From Narcine bancroftii (taxonomy: Eukaryota): a DNA stretch of 64,000 bases. Positions 13,130-26,900 of this stretch are shown here, one piece after another. The DNA is taken from positions 111,104,001 through 111,168,000 of the forward strand of contig NC_091472.1 in the NCBI RefSeq assembly GCF_036971445.1, read 5' to 3'. Position 1 is the stretch's first letter. Each line of letters starts with the position of its first letter. The position numbers were made by a program, and so were the translations under genes. The notes below the pieces were generated by a model. That model made no database searches, had not been told where the DNA came from, and saw nothing but the letters and a program-made list of their open reading frames with translations.

Positions 13130-13850
13130 ACTACGTTGCCACTTCTGAGGCCCCATTGTAGTTACTTCCTCCTCTGTTGTTTGAGGAGGAAGTAACTGCA
13201 ATGGGGCCTCAGTCTCAGCCCCTCAATGCCCAGGAATGGAAGGATGCCAAGGACTCCAGGCTGAGGTCCTTCTCCAAAGCTCCCTCAGTTGGCTGTGACA
13301 AGCCTGTGTGTAGTCAGCATGTACTTCTGCAGCCTGGAATGTGTCAGCCAGCAGCATTCCCTCACCAACATCTCAGTGCACTGGAAGACCAACAGGTTTT
13401 GGGCAGACCAAAGTGTGTCCTTCACCGAGTTGATGATCTTCCACCAGCTTTGCAGGTCTGTCTCTATATGCGTCCCTGGGAACAGCCCGCAAATCAGAGT
13501 CCTCTGTCATGCTGCTGGTGGCGATGAACCATGACAAGGACCCTCACGTCCTTCTCCACACTGTCTTAGCAAATAAAAAGTATGCAAAAAGGCAGGTGAC
13601 TGTCTCCATCTCATGTTGGGTGATAATCCTGTTGTACTGGGGGGCGTCTGTCACTGCCAATCAGACTAAGTCCTTAAGCTTGTTTGTGAGCCCTGGCAAT
13701 GAGGCATTCCACTAGATGGTCTGGACAGTCTGCTCAGGGAACCACCTTGTTCCTCAGTGCCTGCAGTATGACTTTGCTGAGCACTCCCTGATGGACTTGA
13801 GGTCAAAAGTGTTTATCTGGATAAACTTTTCCACAATGGATAGCCAACTG
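13130..13850 (-). mobile_element. Tx1-like (L1 clade) LINE ORF2 C-terminal fragment
   Basis: Minus strand gives VKDTLWSAQNLLVFQCTEMLVREC, with an upstream HLPFCILF..C zinc-knuckle remnant. Degenerate. Confidence 0.6.
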
Positions 13851-14346
13851 TTGACCCAGTAAATGGATATGAAGGTGGAGGCACTCCTCCCTGATTTTAA
13901 CTAAATGCGGATGGATGCGTGTTATTCACAGTAACCTCAATGCTGTGCCTGCATTGTGTTAGGATCTTAACATGGCACAGACATTCAATGTTTCCCCACT
14001 TAGCCACAGAATGAAATTCGCCTTTACAATTAATCCAATGCACAAAAAGCTTTTGAGAAATCATCCAAGACACTCAACAAATGCAAATTTTACTGTCGAG
14101 TCCAGCAAACAGAATTGCACAAAGTAGTGTGTCAGGGAAGCGAAAGAAGCCTAAACAATCCAAATCTGTCTTTTATAACAAGTTCATTTATGACAGGTTT
14201 CCAAAATTGCACTTTGCTGCAAATACTAGACCCATTTTAAAGCAGTACCAGCAACTGAGCCACTATAAGTACCAACGCCTGGAATTATTTGACCGATAAA
14301 TGAAATACCTTTCAGAAAAAGTAGAGAAGCAAGAAAAAAAATTTAC

Positions 14347-14478
14347 CAAAATGTTGTCCGTTTTTCCACCTTCCAGTGTCACCTCGAGACTGGTTAGAGC
14401 AGCCTCAATTTCATCTACATCTTGCTCATTTGTGTAGTCTTGCGGTTCGGATAATAGCGATAACTTGCTTATGTGATA
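14347..14478 (-). CDS. FERMT1: Kindlin-1 coding exon (exon 8 equivalent)
   Basis: 132 bp, tcag|TAT...TTG|gtaaa. Encodes [44 protein letters not shown]. Confidence 0.96.
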
Positions 14479-15962
14479 CTGAAATGACATGTTAATATTT
14501 TCTGAAATTTTTAAATGACATTTTCCCCAGAACTCTCCCTGCCATAATATTTTAAGAATGAATACCTGATTTTATCAGCTGTTAAATTTATTGCAGCACT
14601 CTGCTTGCAACATCTCAATATTTTAGGTTTTGACATGTGTGTATGAAATGAAAGTACGGCTGAGAATGTAGTTGCAACACTTATTGCCTATTCCTCAAAC
14701 TTAATTTGGCACTGTGTTCTTGTAGCAATGCTCATCAATTTTAAAGTTTAAATCAAACAAGAAACGTATCTAAAAACACTGATTGTGCCTGTTGCGATTC
14801 ATAACTCAGCTCGCTCGCACTCTCTCCTGCAGAGGGTCGTTGGTTCAAGACAGACCAGAGATTTAAACGCAATTAAGTAATGTGGCACAAAACCACTGAT
14901 CTTCCAGTCATGAATTCCAGTTATGAATCACAGCCTGCACGTTCATATTTTAAAAAAAAATCCAAGAGATCCCTGGACAAAGACTTCCAGCCACTAGAGC
15001 ACCACTCCACCAGTGCTCTCTGATACCAAATACTAGGACATTTGGAATGCACTTTGCCAACTTGGCATGGACTCTTTTTGACTAACCCCCCATGTTTACA
15101 GCCAGGCTGAAATTCTCATACTTTAAATCATTGCACTGCCCTTGTTAACATATTTGTTACCTCCAAAAGAAAATTCTAATTGGTCAGACAACATAATTCC
15201 TCTAATGGTTAATCCTTTCTCTCAGAGTTTTTTTTTAAACCCCCCCCCCCCCCCCCCCCCCCACAATCACTGCTTATCCCTTTCTGTGCAGATGGAAAGT
15301 CATCAGGAATGGGAAATGCAATTCAATGCATCTATGTTGGAAATCTCCTGAAACCTAGGGAAGAGCCCTCCAAATACACAGCTAAAGAAGATACAAAAGA
15401 ATCCAGAAAATTGAACGAGTGAAGTTCTGTAGTTCCAAGAGTTCTATTTTTATAGTCAATCACACAACAAGAACAATAAATTTTTGGAATTTATTTGTTC
15501 AGCTATCCTGCCAAAGAATTTGTAAGATTTTGCAGAGACAACGTTGCTACTATATATCCAGTGCTGTTGGTAGTCACATTCTCAGAAGTGCTGAGGAGTG
15601 CAGGGATCACTGCTACCTGGTACACCACAAGACTTGTGCCAGGTGTTATACTTGCTCACTCAAATATGCTCTTCCTCAGTCAACCAAAGGCTGAGTTGGT
15701 GCATTGAAGGCAATGTTGGATTACAATGTTGTACTAAGAGGCAGCTCGCAACGCGTGGACAGTGGTTCACCTTTTCCGGGACTGTGCCACAAACCTTTTT
15801 TTTTTAAAGTATAGATCTTACGTGAGAGCGCAAAGATTTAAAAGTGAGCCTGAGGGCAACTTTTTTTCCCCCCACACAGAGGGTGATGGTCATAAATGTG
15901 CAGCCAGAGGAATCTGCAGAGGTGGGGTGAATTGAAATGTTTTAAAGACATTTGGACAGGTA

Positions 15963-16442
15963 CAGTAAAATCCCTGTAATCAGGATTTCAAGCAACCAGC
16001 AAATAAATAAATTGACAGAATTAAAATGCATGAATAAATAAAATTGTAAATAAAAGTTTAAAATTGTAAAATGTAATGTTCTCTGAAGTAACACAATACC
16101 TTTGGTGAAAATGGGAGCAAATATTCAGCCCGTGAGTGGCATGGTTGTACTTTTCTTGTAGCAACTGTTTGGATAAAATTATGTCAGTTAGGATGAAGAG
16201 CTCGTTGATATTGCTCGACGTTTGGGTGACTCTAAGTGTCTCCTTATCCCTGCTTAGTAAGAGTCCTTATTAGTGTATTAAGGCTTTATCTGTAAACTTG
16301 AGGGGGGGGGGGGCGGAACCTGTTTATTCTTAATGCAGGTATATTTGTTAGGCATTAGAAGAGTGAGTCCCAAGCAACCAGAAAATTCATATTTCTGGCA
16401 TCTACCAATCTCCATAGGTGCCGGATACCAGGGGTTTGACTG
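15963..16442. mobile_element. Tc1/mariner-Tigger-type MITE in a CR1 tail
   Basis: TIRs cagtaaaatccctg / caggggtttgactg flanked by a TA duplication. CR1 sequence (ttggacaggta...catggat) resumes on both sides. A partial second copy ends at 23311. Confidence 0.8.
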
Positions 16443-17219
16443 TACATGGATTGGAAGGTTGAGGGAAATATGGGCTGTACACAGGCAAATGGGACTAAAT
16501 TGGTTAGCATGGACAAGATGGGCTGAAGGGCCTGTAAAACTCTATGGCTATGACTTATTGCCAGGGACAGCAAGGTGTTATTAGGAAAGGGCCCTTGGTC
16601 TTGTACATGTCAAATCCTCCTTTTATGTTTTGCTGAAGGGGTTGATCTGACCTGCTAAGTATGTTCAGTAGTTTTTGTTTTTAATGGCAGGACTCTGAGT
16701 ACTTGGGTCATCGTGAGCAGCTCAAGAAAATTCAAGTCCAATTCTTTAACCACATAACAAGTGAAAGCTGCATATTTCAACTTTGAATGAAATTTGTATG
16801 AAAGGTGAAAAGATGCAGCTTTCCCACAGACTACAACATGTGTAAGAGGCACTGCTGTTCTCTGAACCAATTATTAAACATTTCAATTCAAGTGTAAATT
16901 GCTCAGCTTGATGGAATTCATTCTTTGTGCACTAGATGTTGACAATGAAGTCAGGGAATACTGGCAATATTCAGGAGTCACAGCTTCTTTGCAATTTAGT
17001 TCATTGTCTCTTTTTTTACATAGAAATAATGTCATTTTTCCATTGTCAATTTTCACACTACCTTCCAGAGTAGCCATTCACACAGAATAACCTGCGTACG
17101 GATATCGCCGTGTGTTTAGACTAAGTACCTGATGTGCAGTACATAGGGTGGATGTGGGTCTGCAAAATACAACCAGAACAGCAGAAGATCAAGGCATTTT
17201 GGTTATTTTTTAACATTAC

Positions 17220-17415
17220 AGAATGGTAGATGGCCATTCTGGACCATTAAGTCCATGCAGCCAAATTACACCAATTAACCTACAATCCCTGTACATTTTT
17301 GGAGGGTGGGAGGAAACGAGCATCTGGAGAAAACCCACGCAGGTCAAGGAGAGAATGTACAAACTTCTTACAGACAGCACTAGATTCATACCCTGGCATT
17401 GTGTGAACTACTAGG
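17220..17415 (-). mobile_element. tRNA-derived SINE (HE1/V-SINE-like); further copies at ~34500-34710 (-) and ~61770-61910 (+)
   Basis: Conserved core aaacccacgcaggtca..gagaatgtacaaact.cttacagacag shared among the copies. Confidence 0.6.
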
Positions 17416-17589
17416 CTAATCCTTCTATTTAATGAATCATGTCAAATCATGGCCATTATTGGAAACAAAAATGCAAGACAATTCAAGCTAATTCTGAAAT
17501 AGGAACATGAGCCAGGATCCTGACTGAACAAAGCAGAGAGTATTGGAGGTCTGCCTGTTCTCTTCAAACCCGTTGGGGCATGTTCTTCA

Positions 17590-17811
<222 letters not shown>

Positions 17812-18579
17812 TCACACCTCATTTCGGGAAACTTTTGATATTAGGCAACTGAAATAAATTAAACTCTGCACCAAGAAAAAAAATGCTTGTATTGGATATT
17901 TGAAAGAAAAAAAACTAATTTGCAAGACACCTCGCAGGTCATGCAGCATCTGTGGGGAGAGAAAGAGAGTTGATGTTCCAGATCTAGGGCTTTTAGATGA
18001 GGCAGTGATAAAGAGGAGGGAAAGAGAGAGGGAGGATGGAGGGGGTTGGAGGAAGGAGGCATGGGTAGAGAAGACTCAAGACCTATGGGGCACAGCAAAA
18101 ACGTGATAGAGTTCCAAGTATTTTCCAGATTTTGGTTGCAACATTCTACAGCAGACTCTCCATGCCCTTTCATCTCTTATAAAGTAAGTTAAGCAGTAAA
18201 GTCCAAGTTAGTCAATAGCAGATGGATGCAGGTTCATTGCAAGTGGAAATGTTCATCCTGTTCCTTTTGGAGAGAATGAACTAACTTGCACATCTTTTCC
18301 CCAGAATGCATCAACATGATGGTAACTCACTGTTAAAATGTCTCAATTAATGTGGCATTGCTTTAATCAATTTCATTTTGAGAAATGGGAATTAAAGTGT
18401 TTTGGTTCTTTATTGTTGACTATTCTGCCACGGGTTATGTAGAACCCTTACTGCCACGTCAAATATAAAACCTAGTTTCATTCTACTAAAACGAATGTCA
18501 ATTATTTAATATATTCATATTACAATGATCAATGTCATTTCAGGTCATCACACATACTCCCATCCGTGTACACCTCTTG

Positions 18580-18910
18580 CTGTCTTGGAAAAACAGCCAA
18601 TGCATCAAAGGACCCATCTCACCTCAGTCAATCTCTCTTCAACTCCTCCCCCCCCCACCCCCAACCAGGAAGAAGATTCATGAGTGCAAGATCACGTAGA
18701 ACCTGATTCAAGGACAGTTTCTATCTCACCATTCGCCAACTCCTGAACAAACCTCAAAATAGTAAAATTATATTGCTTTGCTCTGTACTAACTGATCTCT
18801 CTGCAATTCTGTACTGTCTTTCTTGTTGTCCTATGTATGAAACATCTACTGGTCTGCTTGCAAAACAACCTCTATTGCAGCATTTTTGATGTGTGACAAT
18901 GAACTTGAAC
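18580..18910 (+). mobile_element. Rex1/Babar LINE 3' fragment
   Basis: IKDPSH.S.SLF.LLP..GRRF...FKDSFY...R.LLN motif followed by a (cttgaa) tail. Confidence 0.65.
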
Positions 18911-19002
18911 CATCAACAACTGGAGGAATTTAGCCATGAACTAGTATTCACTCTTTTCAAGGGAAAGATAACATTACAAAGGCAACTCTGTTTATGAGCA
19001 AT

Positions 19003-20345
19003 CAATGCTGCAGGCCTACACAAGCGAGGCCCTTCAACTCTTCCTTTGCTATATTGATGACTACATCAGGGCTGTCTCATATACCCTTGATGAGAGGTCA
19101 TCAACTTCATTCACTTTGCTGCCAACTCCCACCACGATCTTAAATTCAGTTGGTCCATCTCTGATGACACTCTCCCCTTTCTTGATATCTGTCTCCATCT
19201 CAGGAGACCAGCTTTCCATAGACATAGTTTACAAACCTACTAAATCCCACCACTACCTTGACCACACTTCTTCACATTAAATCCCTTGCAAGGATTCTAT
19301 TTCTTTCTCTCAATTTCTCCATCTATGCCATATCTGTTCCCAAGTTGAGGTCTTCCAGTCCAGATCATCTAAAATGCCCTCCTTCTTCCACAAAACGTGG
19401 TTTCTGCTCCATCGCCATCTTACTCAGCTCTAACCCACAACTCCTCCATTTCCCACTCATCTGCCCTGGCCTCCTCTGCCCCCAGACATTACAAACAAAA
19501 GATTCCCCTTGTCCTCACCTACCCTAGCCTGCACATTCCAACACATTATCTCCATAAATTCCATGATTTCACCATCAGACACTCCCTCATCTCTTCCCAC
19601 CAATCGCCCCCTTGGCATGTTCCCCTGCAGGTAGTGCCATTCTTGCACCCACACCTCCTCCCTCACCACCACTCAGGGCCCCAAACTGACCTTCCAGGTG
19701 AAGCAACACTGCACTTTTCTATCCACAGGAGATATCTACTACATCCAGTGCTCTCATTGTGACCTTCTCTACATCAGAAAGACTGAATGCAAACTGGGAG
19801 ATCACTTTGCTTAACATTTGTGACAGGGATCTACCAGTGGCTAACCACTTCAATTCCGCGCCCCACTCCCAAGCTGACATGTCTGAACATGGCCTCATGT
19901 ACTGTCCATCAAGATCCCTTGTAAATTGGAGGAACAACACCTAATTTTCCCTCTGGGCACTCTCCAACTGGATGGCATTCACCTCGACTTCTCCAGCTTC
20001 TGCTGGCCTACTCTTTGTTTCCCCTCCTTTCCTCTGTCTTCTTTCCTCCAGCTCTCCACCCCCTCCCTTCTCCATTCACAGAGCCATCCCTCCTTCCTTG
20101 GCTTGCTGATGTGCTCTCCCTCCCTGATTCATCGATTATACCTCCTGCCTTATGGACTGTGCTCCTCCCCCCCCACCATTGTGTTTGGGCACCTGTCAAC
20201 ATTTTGTTCATACCTTGTGAAAAGATCAAGCATGAAATGTTGGTTATATATCTTTATATTTGCTCTTTAAAGTTCACTGTTTGATCTGCTGAGTTTCTGC
20301 AGCGTTGTGCATTTACTTCAATCATGATGTCAGCAGATTTTCATG
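19003..20345 (+). mobile_element. Penelope-like element (RT C-terminus, GIY-YIG endonuclease, 3' pLTR), decayed
   Basis: LFLCYIDDYI catalytic motif, IDIVYKPTKSHHYLD, FQVKQH.TF...IY.I.C GIY-YIG remnant and PVANHFN. Ends with a pyrimidine-rich 3' region and ctgctgagtttctgcagc. Confidence 0.85.
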
Positions 20346-22020
20346 TTTTGCTTCCTAAACATATTTGTTTGCTTTATGCTGACTACAGATCGACTTGGGA
20401 GATAATTAAGGAACCCTAGCAGCATATTGACTTGACCTCCTGTAGCACCAAGAGGGCAAGGAAGGGAAAACAGCATCTTAATAAATTAAATTTTAAAAGT
20501 CCAGAAATATCAATTGATTCATCCAAGGCTTCTGGGTAAGGCACACTGGACTCAGTGTATAATTATTGTGTTTTATTTTGCAAGCTGGTTTAATATTTGT
20601 CATTGGATTCACTTGTTTTTTTTTTGCACATTACAAGCATATTTATTTCATAACTAATTAATATTTTAGTGTGCCATTGTAAATAGATTTTGCAGGATAG
20701 ACAGTCTCCAAAAATGTAATTTAATCACCATGCTGGATTTAAATACTATTTAATAAGAAAAAGTAAAATCTCCACTGGGATTCTGATTAGATTCACTTGG
20801 ACTAGCAGAATGATAAACTAGTTACTCTTCCCACTTCTAGAGGTCAGGTTTCTCTGCTGCTGTGCAGACTTGGCTCTTTGTGTTCCCATATCCCTGCGGG
20901 GAGGACAAAATCTTCCTGGACAGTAACATATTTTACAATGACCTGGAGGAAATTCACTGCACACTGTTTCCAGACTGATGAGACTTTTTTTTTAAATGCA
21001 CACTCACTGTACTGTATAGGTTCCTTTTGAAGTTAATATACATTTGCTTAAAATATTCCTAACATTAAAAGAAACTATTTTTAATGTCCCAGTATATTAC
21101 AGAATTCCCATGGTGGGGTGCTGTTCAGTAGTTTTGATTCTGGCCCCCATCATTGTCCAGTTTTTCCACACCACATCAGTGGTAGGCTCCTGGAATGGAC
21201 TGCCAGGAGTAGTGGTGGAAGCTGATACTCTGAAAGCATTTAAGTGGCTCCTGGATCGGCACATGAAAAATCTCAAGAAGGACATCAGAAGGGCTAAAAA
21301 AAAAGACAAGCTTGCTTTGGCAGACACGAAGAAAAATCCTAAGGGTTTCGCCATATTAATTAAGAGCAAGAAGATAGCAAGCGACAAAATTGATCCTCTT
21401 GAAGATCAGAGTGTTCAGTGGTGTATGGAGCCAAAAGAGATTGGAAAGATCTTAAATGGGGTTTTTTTGCATTTGTGTTTACTCAGGATATGGACAGATG
21501 GTCTATAAACGTGAGGCAAACAAGCAGAGAGGTCAAAGAACCGAGAGAGATTAAAGAAGAGGGTGTGCTTGCTGTCTTGAGGCAAATAAGAGTGGATAAA
21601 TCCCCAGAACCTGACAAGATATTCCCTCAGACCCGAGGGAAACTAGTAGAGAAAAACTGTATGAGCCCTGACAGATAAATTTTAAATGTTATTAGCCTCT
21701 GGTGAGATGCCAGAGGCTCATATTGTTCTGCTGTTTAAAAAAAAACTATCTAAGAATAACCCAGGAAATTACAGGCTGGTGACCCTGACGTAAGTAGTGG
21801 GGAAGTTATTAGAAGGTACTCTAAGACATTAGATAGACAGTATTTGGATAGAAAGGGACTAATGAGGGACAGACAACAGGCTTTTGTGTGGTAGATCGTG
21901 TTATCCAATCTTTGTGTTTTTGAGGTGGTTACCAGGAGAGCTGATGAAGGCAGTGAATATTGTCTACATAGACTTTAGTATGGCTTGTGACAAGGTCCCA
22001 CATGGGACATTGGTCTAGAA

Positions 22021-22379
22021 CAGTGGTTCTCAACCTTTTTCTTTCCACTCACGTACCACTTTAAGTATTCCCTATGCCATCGGTGCTCTGTGATTAGTAA
22101 GGGATTGCTTAAGGTGGTACGTGAATGGGAAGGAAAGGTTGAGAATCACTGACCTCGACCCAATTTTTACTGAAATATTTTGCTTGAAAAAAATTGTCAT
22201 TGGCCCATTTCCTTTGCACATAACGAGTCAATCAGGTACAATTGAAACAGTGATTTTCAAACTTTTTCTTTCTACCCACATACCACCTTAAGCAATCCCT
22301 TACCAATCACAGAGCACCGATGGCATAGGGAATACTTAAAGTGGTATGTGAATGGAAAGAAAAAGGTTGAGTACCGTTG
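22021..22379. mobile_element. hAT (Charlie-like) MITE
   Basis: TIRs cagtggttctcaacc / ggttgagtaccgttg, a perfect 8-bp TSD gtctagaa (22013-22020, 22380-22387) and internal inverted subrepeats. Confidence 0.9.
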
Positions 22380-22509
22380 GTCTAGAAGGTTCAGTCGCTC
22401 GGATTTAAGTTGAGGTAAATGGTATTCAAAACTGACTTTAGAGGAGAAGCCAGAGAGTGGTAGTGAAGAATTGTCTTTCAGAGTGGAGGCCTGTGACAAG
22501 TGATGTGCC

Positions 22510-22749
22510 TGTAGAGCTCGTCGAAAGAACCAAAGACTTGTTGATCCAAACCAAGGCTTTTATTAGCAAAAGACAGGAGCTCTTCACAGGTGGCCGACCA
22601 GTCCGGAATGATCCGACCTGGCTAGGGACACAACCCTTTAAGGCCCAGACAATAGGGGTGGCTTCGCTCTCAGCCAATCGCTGTGAGCACAGTCTAGATA
22701 CAGTAACTATATACACTATATACATTGGTGATAGATCTGTACTATCACA
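22510..22749 (-). mobile_element. Solo LTR (same family as 31659-31889)
   Basis: TG...CA termini and a minus-strand AATAAA. Splits the CR1 VP|QGS motif. TSD is degenerate. Confidence 0.8.
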
Positions 22750-23973
22750 GTGTGTCAGGGATCAATACTGGGACCATTGTTGTTTGTCATCTATATTAAT
22801 GATCTGGATGATAATGTGGTAAATTGGATCAGCAAGTTGGCAGATGGCACAAAGATTAGCGTCGGCATGGACAGCAATGAAGGCTTTCAAAGCTTGCAGG
22901 ATCTGGACCAGCTGGAAAAATGGGATTCAAAATGGCAGATGGAATTTAATGCAGACAAATGTGAGGGGTTGTGCCTTGGAAGGACAAGCACGGTAAACAG
23001 TAGGGCCCGGAGTGCAGTAGTACAAAGGCATTTGGGAATACAGATACATAATTACCTTAAAATGGTGTCATAGATAGATGGGTCATAAAGAGAGCTTTTA
23101 AAAAAAGCATGTAAAATGCTTCAAGCTTTATATATTCATGAAAATTACATTTGTTCTGTGTAAATACAGTATGGTATTTTTGTCTTTTAAACTGTTTATT
23201 CCGAAAGCAGGTGTATAAGTTAGGTATTATAAGACTGAGTCTCAAGCAACCGTAAAACTCACACCCAGCATCTACCAATCCCCATAGGTGTCAAATCCCA
23301 GGGTTTTACTGTATTGAGAATAGATTGGGATGTTATGTTGAAATTGTCCAAGACATTGATTACAAATTGGGTGTAATTTGTATGGTTTTGATCATCCAAC
23401 TACAGGAAATATATTAATAAAATTGAAAAAGAGTGCAGAGAATATTTACTCAGATGTTGCCAGGACTTGAGGAACCAAGTTACAGGGAAAGATTAAAAGG
23501 TTAGAATTTTATTCCCTGGAGCATAGAAGAATGAGAGGAAATTTAATAGAGGCATGCAAAATTATGAGAGGTACAGACAGAATAAGTGCAAGCAAGCTTT
23601 TTTTCCATTGAGGTGAGGTGAGACAAGAACCAGAGGTCATGGGTTAAAGGTGATAGGTGAAGTGTTTAAAGGGAACACAGGGGAAACCACGCAGAGGGCA
23701 ATGGGAGTTTGAAACGAGCTGTCAGATGACGCAGTGAATGTGGGCTCACTTTTGACATTTATAGAACACTTGGACATGGTTGGGAGGGGTATGTACCAGT
23801 GCAGGTCATTGCGACTAGGCAGAATAGTTTGGCACAGCCTAGATGGGCCAAAGAGCCTACTTCTGTGCTATAGTATTCTTTGTTTCTATGAATAGGAGGA
23901 GAATGAGGGCAATTTTAGCTTGATTGGGCATCATGTTTAGCACAGACATATGGGCCAAAAGGTCAGTTCCTGT

Positions 23974-26900
23974 TGCAATGGATCTGTGTTGATAGTAATG
24001 TTTAGGTTCAGGTTAAGTTATATTTCTTATAAAAATATCTTAGTAAATTATAGAGTTAAAATATTGTATTGTAGCAGCAGCTACACTGCTCCTGCAATAA
24101 CACACACACACAACCAGACGGGTTGAGCTCAGTGAGCAGACTGATTTATTGCAGGCTGCTGGGCTGCACTTATACTCCCAGCCCATACCTGGCTGAGAAC
24201 CACGTTGGAGGGCGCTGACGTCACCCTGGCATCACGCAGGGTTTTTGAGCCCCGTGCTGGAAGGAAGGGAAACCCCCGACGGCACCATTTTGGCCGGCTG
24301 CCCCGCCGCGTGGCTTACAAGCGGGGCTGATCCGCCTGCCTTGTGGTGAGCCACCACAGTAGATGTATTCTTAGTAAGTTACAGGGTCACACATAGATCA
24401 GCACATTTACAGATGCACTATTGAAATTTTTAAAAATGTTGATTTGTGGAGTCTATGTTACTTGAAGAGTCAGAGCTAATGGATCTGAAGTGGGTCTCAA
24501 TTTTTCAATGGAGTGTTTGCTTTATAAAAACTGAAGTATCTAAGTACTTAATATGAACTGTTGAAGGAAGCTGTCTTTTTTTAAAAACCAAACCACTTAA
24601 AGCCTCTTGAGTAAGAGAACTGAAACTCAGAGCCATGTGAGTGATATACTTAAGTCTTTGAAACAGAAATGAGGTCATCTTTTGGAGTCATGATGTCTAC
24701 AAGTCAGAGGTATGAAAATCACATGGTTTACAAGATACTGGGGTTGGCAACTGTTTAAAATTCCAATAACTGATCATATTTTCCAAGAATTAAGATGGAC
24801 CTCATTGGTAATGTAATTTCACACGAGTCTAAGGGTATATACATCCAAATTCAGAGGCATCTTTAGCCCAGAAGAAGAAACCAGAAGAAGCCGCAAGAAG
24901 AAGGACTCTGGAGAAGGAGGAGGTGCTGTTCTAAGTGGTTTTAAAGTAAGACAGACCACTCTGACTGTCTTTTTGTTATTAGAAGGCAGCCTCATCGTGG
25001 AATCAACCTCCAGAACTCTTAAGAAGCTAAGAGAGAGTTGAAGATGAAATCTCTTCTTAGGAAACTTGAGTTTCAAAAGTCAAAGGATTGAATCAGTGTT
25101 AACAAAGACTACATTATTGCTTTAAGCAACAAGTGAAACTTTCCAAATGGGATTTGATAATTGTTTGGGATCACCAAACTTTGCAGATTTGCAGAGGGTG
25201 ATAAAGAATAAGTTGTTGAAACCATTTCTTGAGCATAAATCTGTTGAGCAGCAGTTAAAGCGGAGAAGAATGGAAATTGAACTAGGCATAACGGAGATGG
25301 AGTTTGAAATAAGGAAAATAGAGCTACAGGAAGCTGAAAGGCAGAGGCATTTTAAGCTAGACAGAGCTGAGGAAGCTGGAAAGCAAAGAAAGATGATAAA
25401 AATGCAAACTTGGTCAGATTTTGCAGAATTTAGAAACGAGTATGATTTCAATCCAGAGCCTAAATTAAAGCCAAGCAAAAACTTTTCAAAAGAGACAAAA
25501 TTCTGCGACATTGGCAGAAAATGATCACAATGTGAAATTTGCGCCTAAAATACCTTTTAAAAAGAGTAACATGAAGTAGCAAAATAAGGTGGAAAATAAA
25601 TGGGGGAAACACTTTTGATCCATTTTGAAATTATTGTAAGAAGGCTGGATATGTGGTAGTGAATATTTTTTTTAAAGAGAAGGAGCAAGCAGGAACCAGT
25701 AGCATATATTCAAAGAGGTGAATCATAGAAGTGGAAAAGGATTTGCTGGTAAAATTAGGAAATCTTTTGGGTCAGGAAATAAGGTTGTCTGTGCAGTAAA
25801 GTATCCAATTATGTTTGAAAATGAATGGCGTACCGTTGCCAGCGAGAGTGTTGGACAAACTGATTTTAAGTTTAAAAATCTTGCCAGTGGAAAAAGTACT
25901 GGACAAACAGGAAGCATGAAAGATGCAGCAGTAGAAACAGATCCAAAAGCAAGAAACAGATTGAGATAGAAGAGATAACCTGTGATGACTCATTGACTAA
26001 TTTAAATATTTCTTTGTTAGGTCAGCTGATTCTAAACTTGAAAATAGGGAACTTGTTAAAATGGGAATTGGATCAATTTGCCAGCAGATGGTAGTTTATT
26101 GTTAGTGGGAAATGATTTGGCAGGGAATGAAGTTGGCCCTGCAGTGAAATTAACAGATAAACCAGTCATTGATGAAACAGAGATGGATTTAGAGATAGAT
26201 CCAAATGTGTGCAGTAATGAAGGTGATGGAAGAAAGTACCACCAGTGAAAACAGCACTGTACAAAATAATTTTAAAGGATTAAAAGTCTCTGCCACTGCA
26301 CAGCAATTGGAAATGAATGTGTCCCTATTCAGAGCAAAATTAATAGAAAAACCAAGTGAAGTTAGAGGTAATGCTCTCTCTGATGAGGGAATTAAGAAAA
26401 TGCCAGTGGGGTTTCATTTCAAAGAAGGTATATTGATGAGAAAATGGCGGCTACGTGAGATTACTGCTCATGAAGAATGGGCAATGGTTCACCAGATTGT
26501 ACTTCCTCGAGCCTATAGAGATGAGATTTTGAACATGGCTTGTAAAAAACGTTTATGTGGGCGCCTTGGGGTAAAGAAAACTACCTACAAAATTATGAAA
26601 CAATTTTAAGAAAAAATGGGAAGAGAAACCTAACCAACATCCCACACATTAAAAGTTTGCACTTTTAAAACATATTCCTGTTTTTGGAGAACTTTCTTCT
26701 AAAGTAATTGTGGATTGTGTTGGTCCAATGCCCAAAACCAAAAACTGAATGAATATCTGTTGACTGTTATGTGTGCCATTTCCAGGTTCCTGGAAGCAAT
26801 CCCACTCAGGAATATTAAAGGAAAAACTATGCTGGCGGGGGTCTTGTAAAATTTTTCATTTCGTTTGCCTAAAGAAATACAATCAGATCAGGGAAATAAT

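Larger units (their letters stand above)
21170..23890 (+). mobile_element. CR1 LINE ORF2 fragments carrying nested MITEs and a solo LTR
   Basis: KSPEPDKI, NPGNYRLV, VTSDVP/QGSILGPLLFVIYINDLD and ISKLADGTK (YADD variant), then a CR1 tail. Confidence 0.85.

Noticed and set aside
25147-25524. 125-aa coiled-coil ORF as a host gene
   Set aside because: Lies between LTRs at the gag position; it is a retrotransposon remnant.
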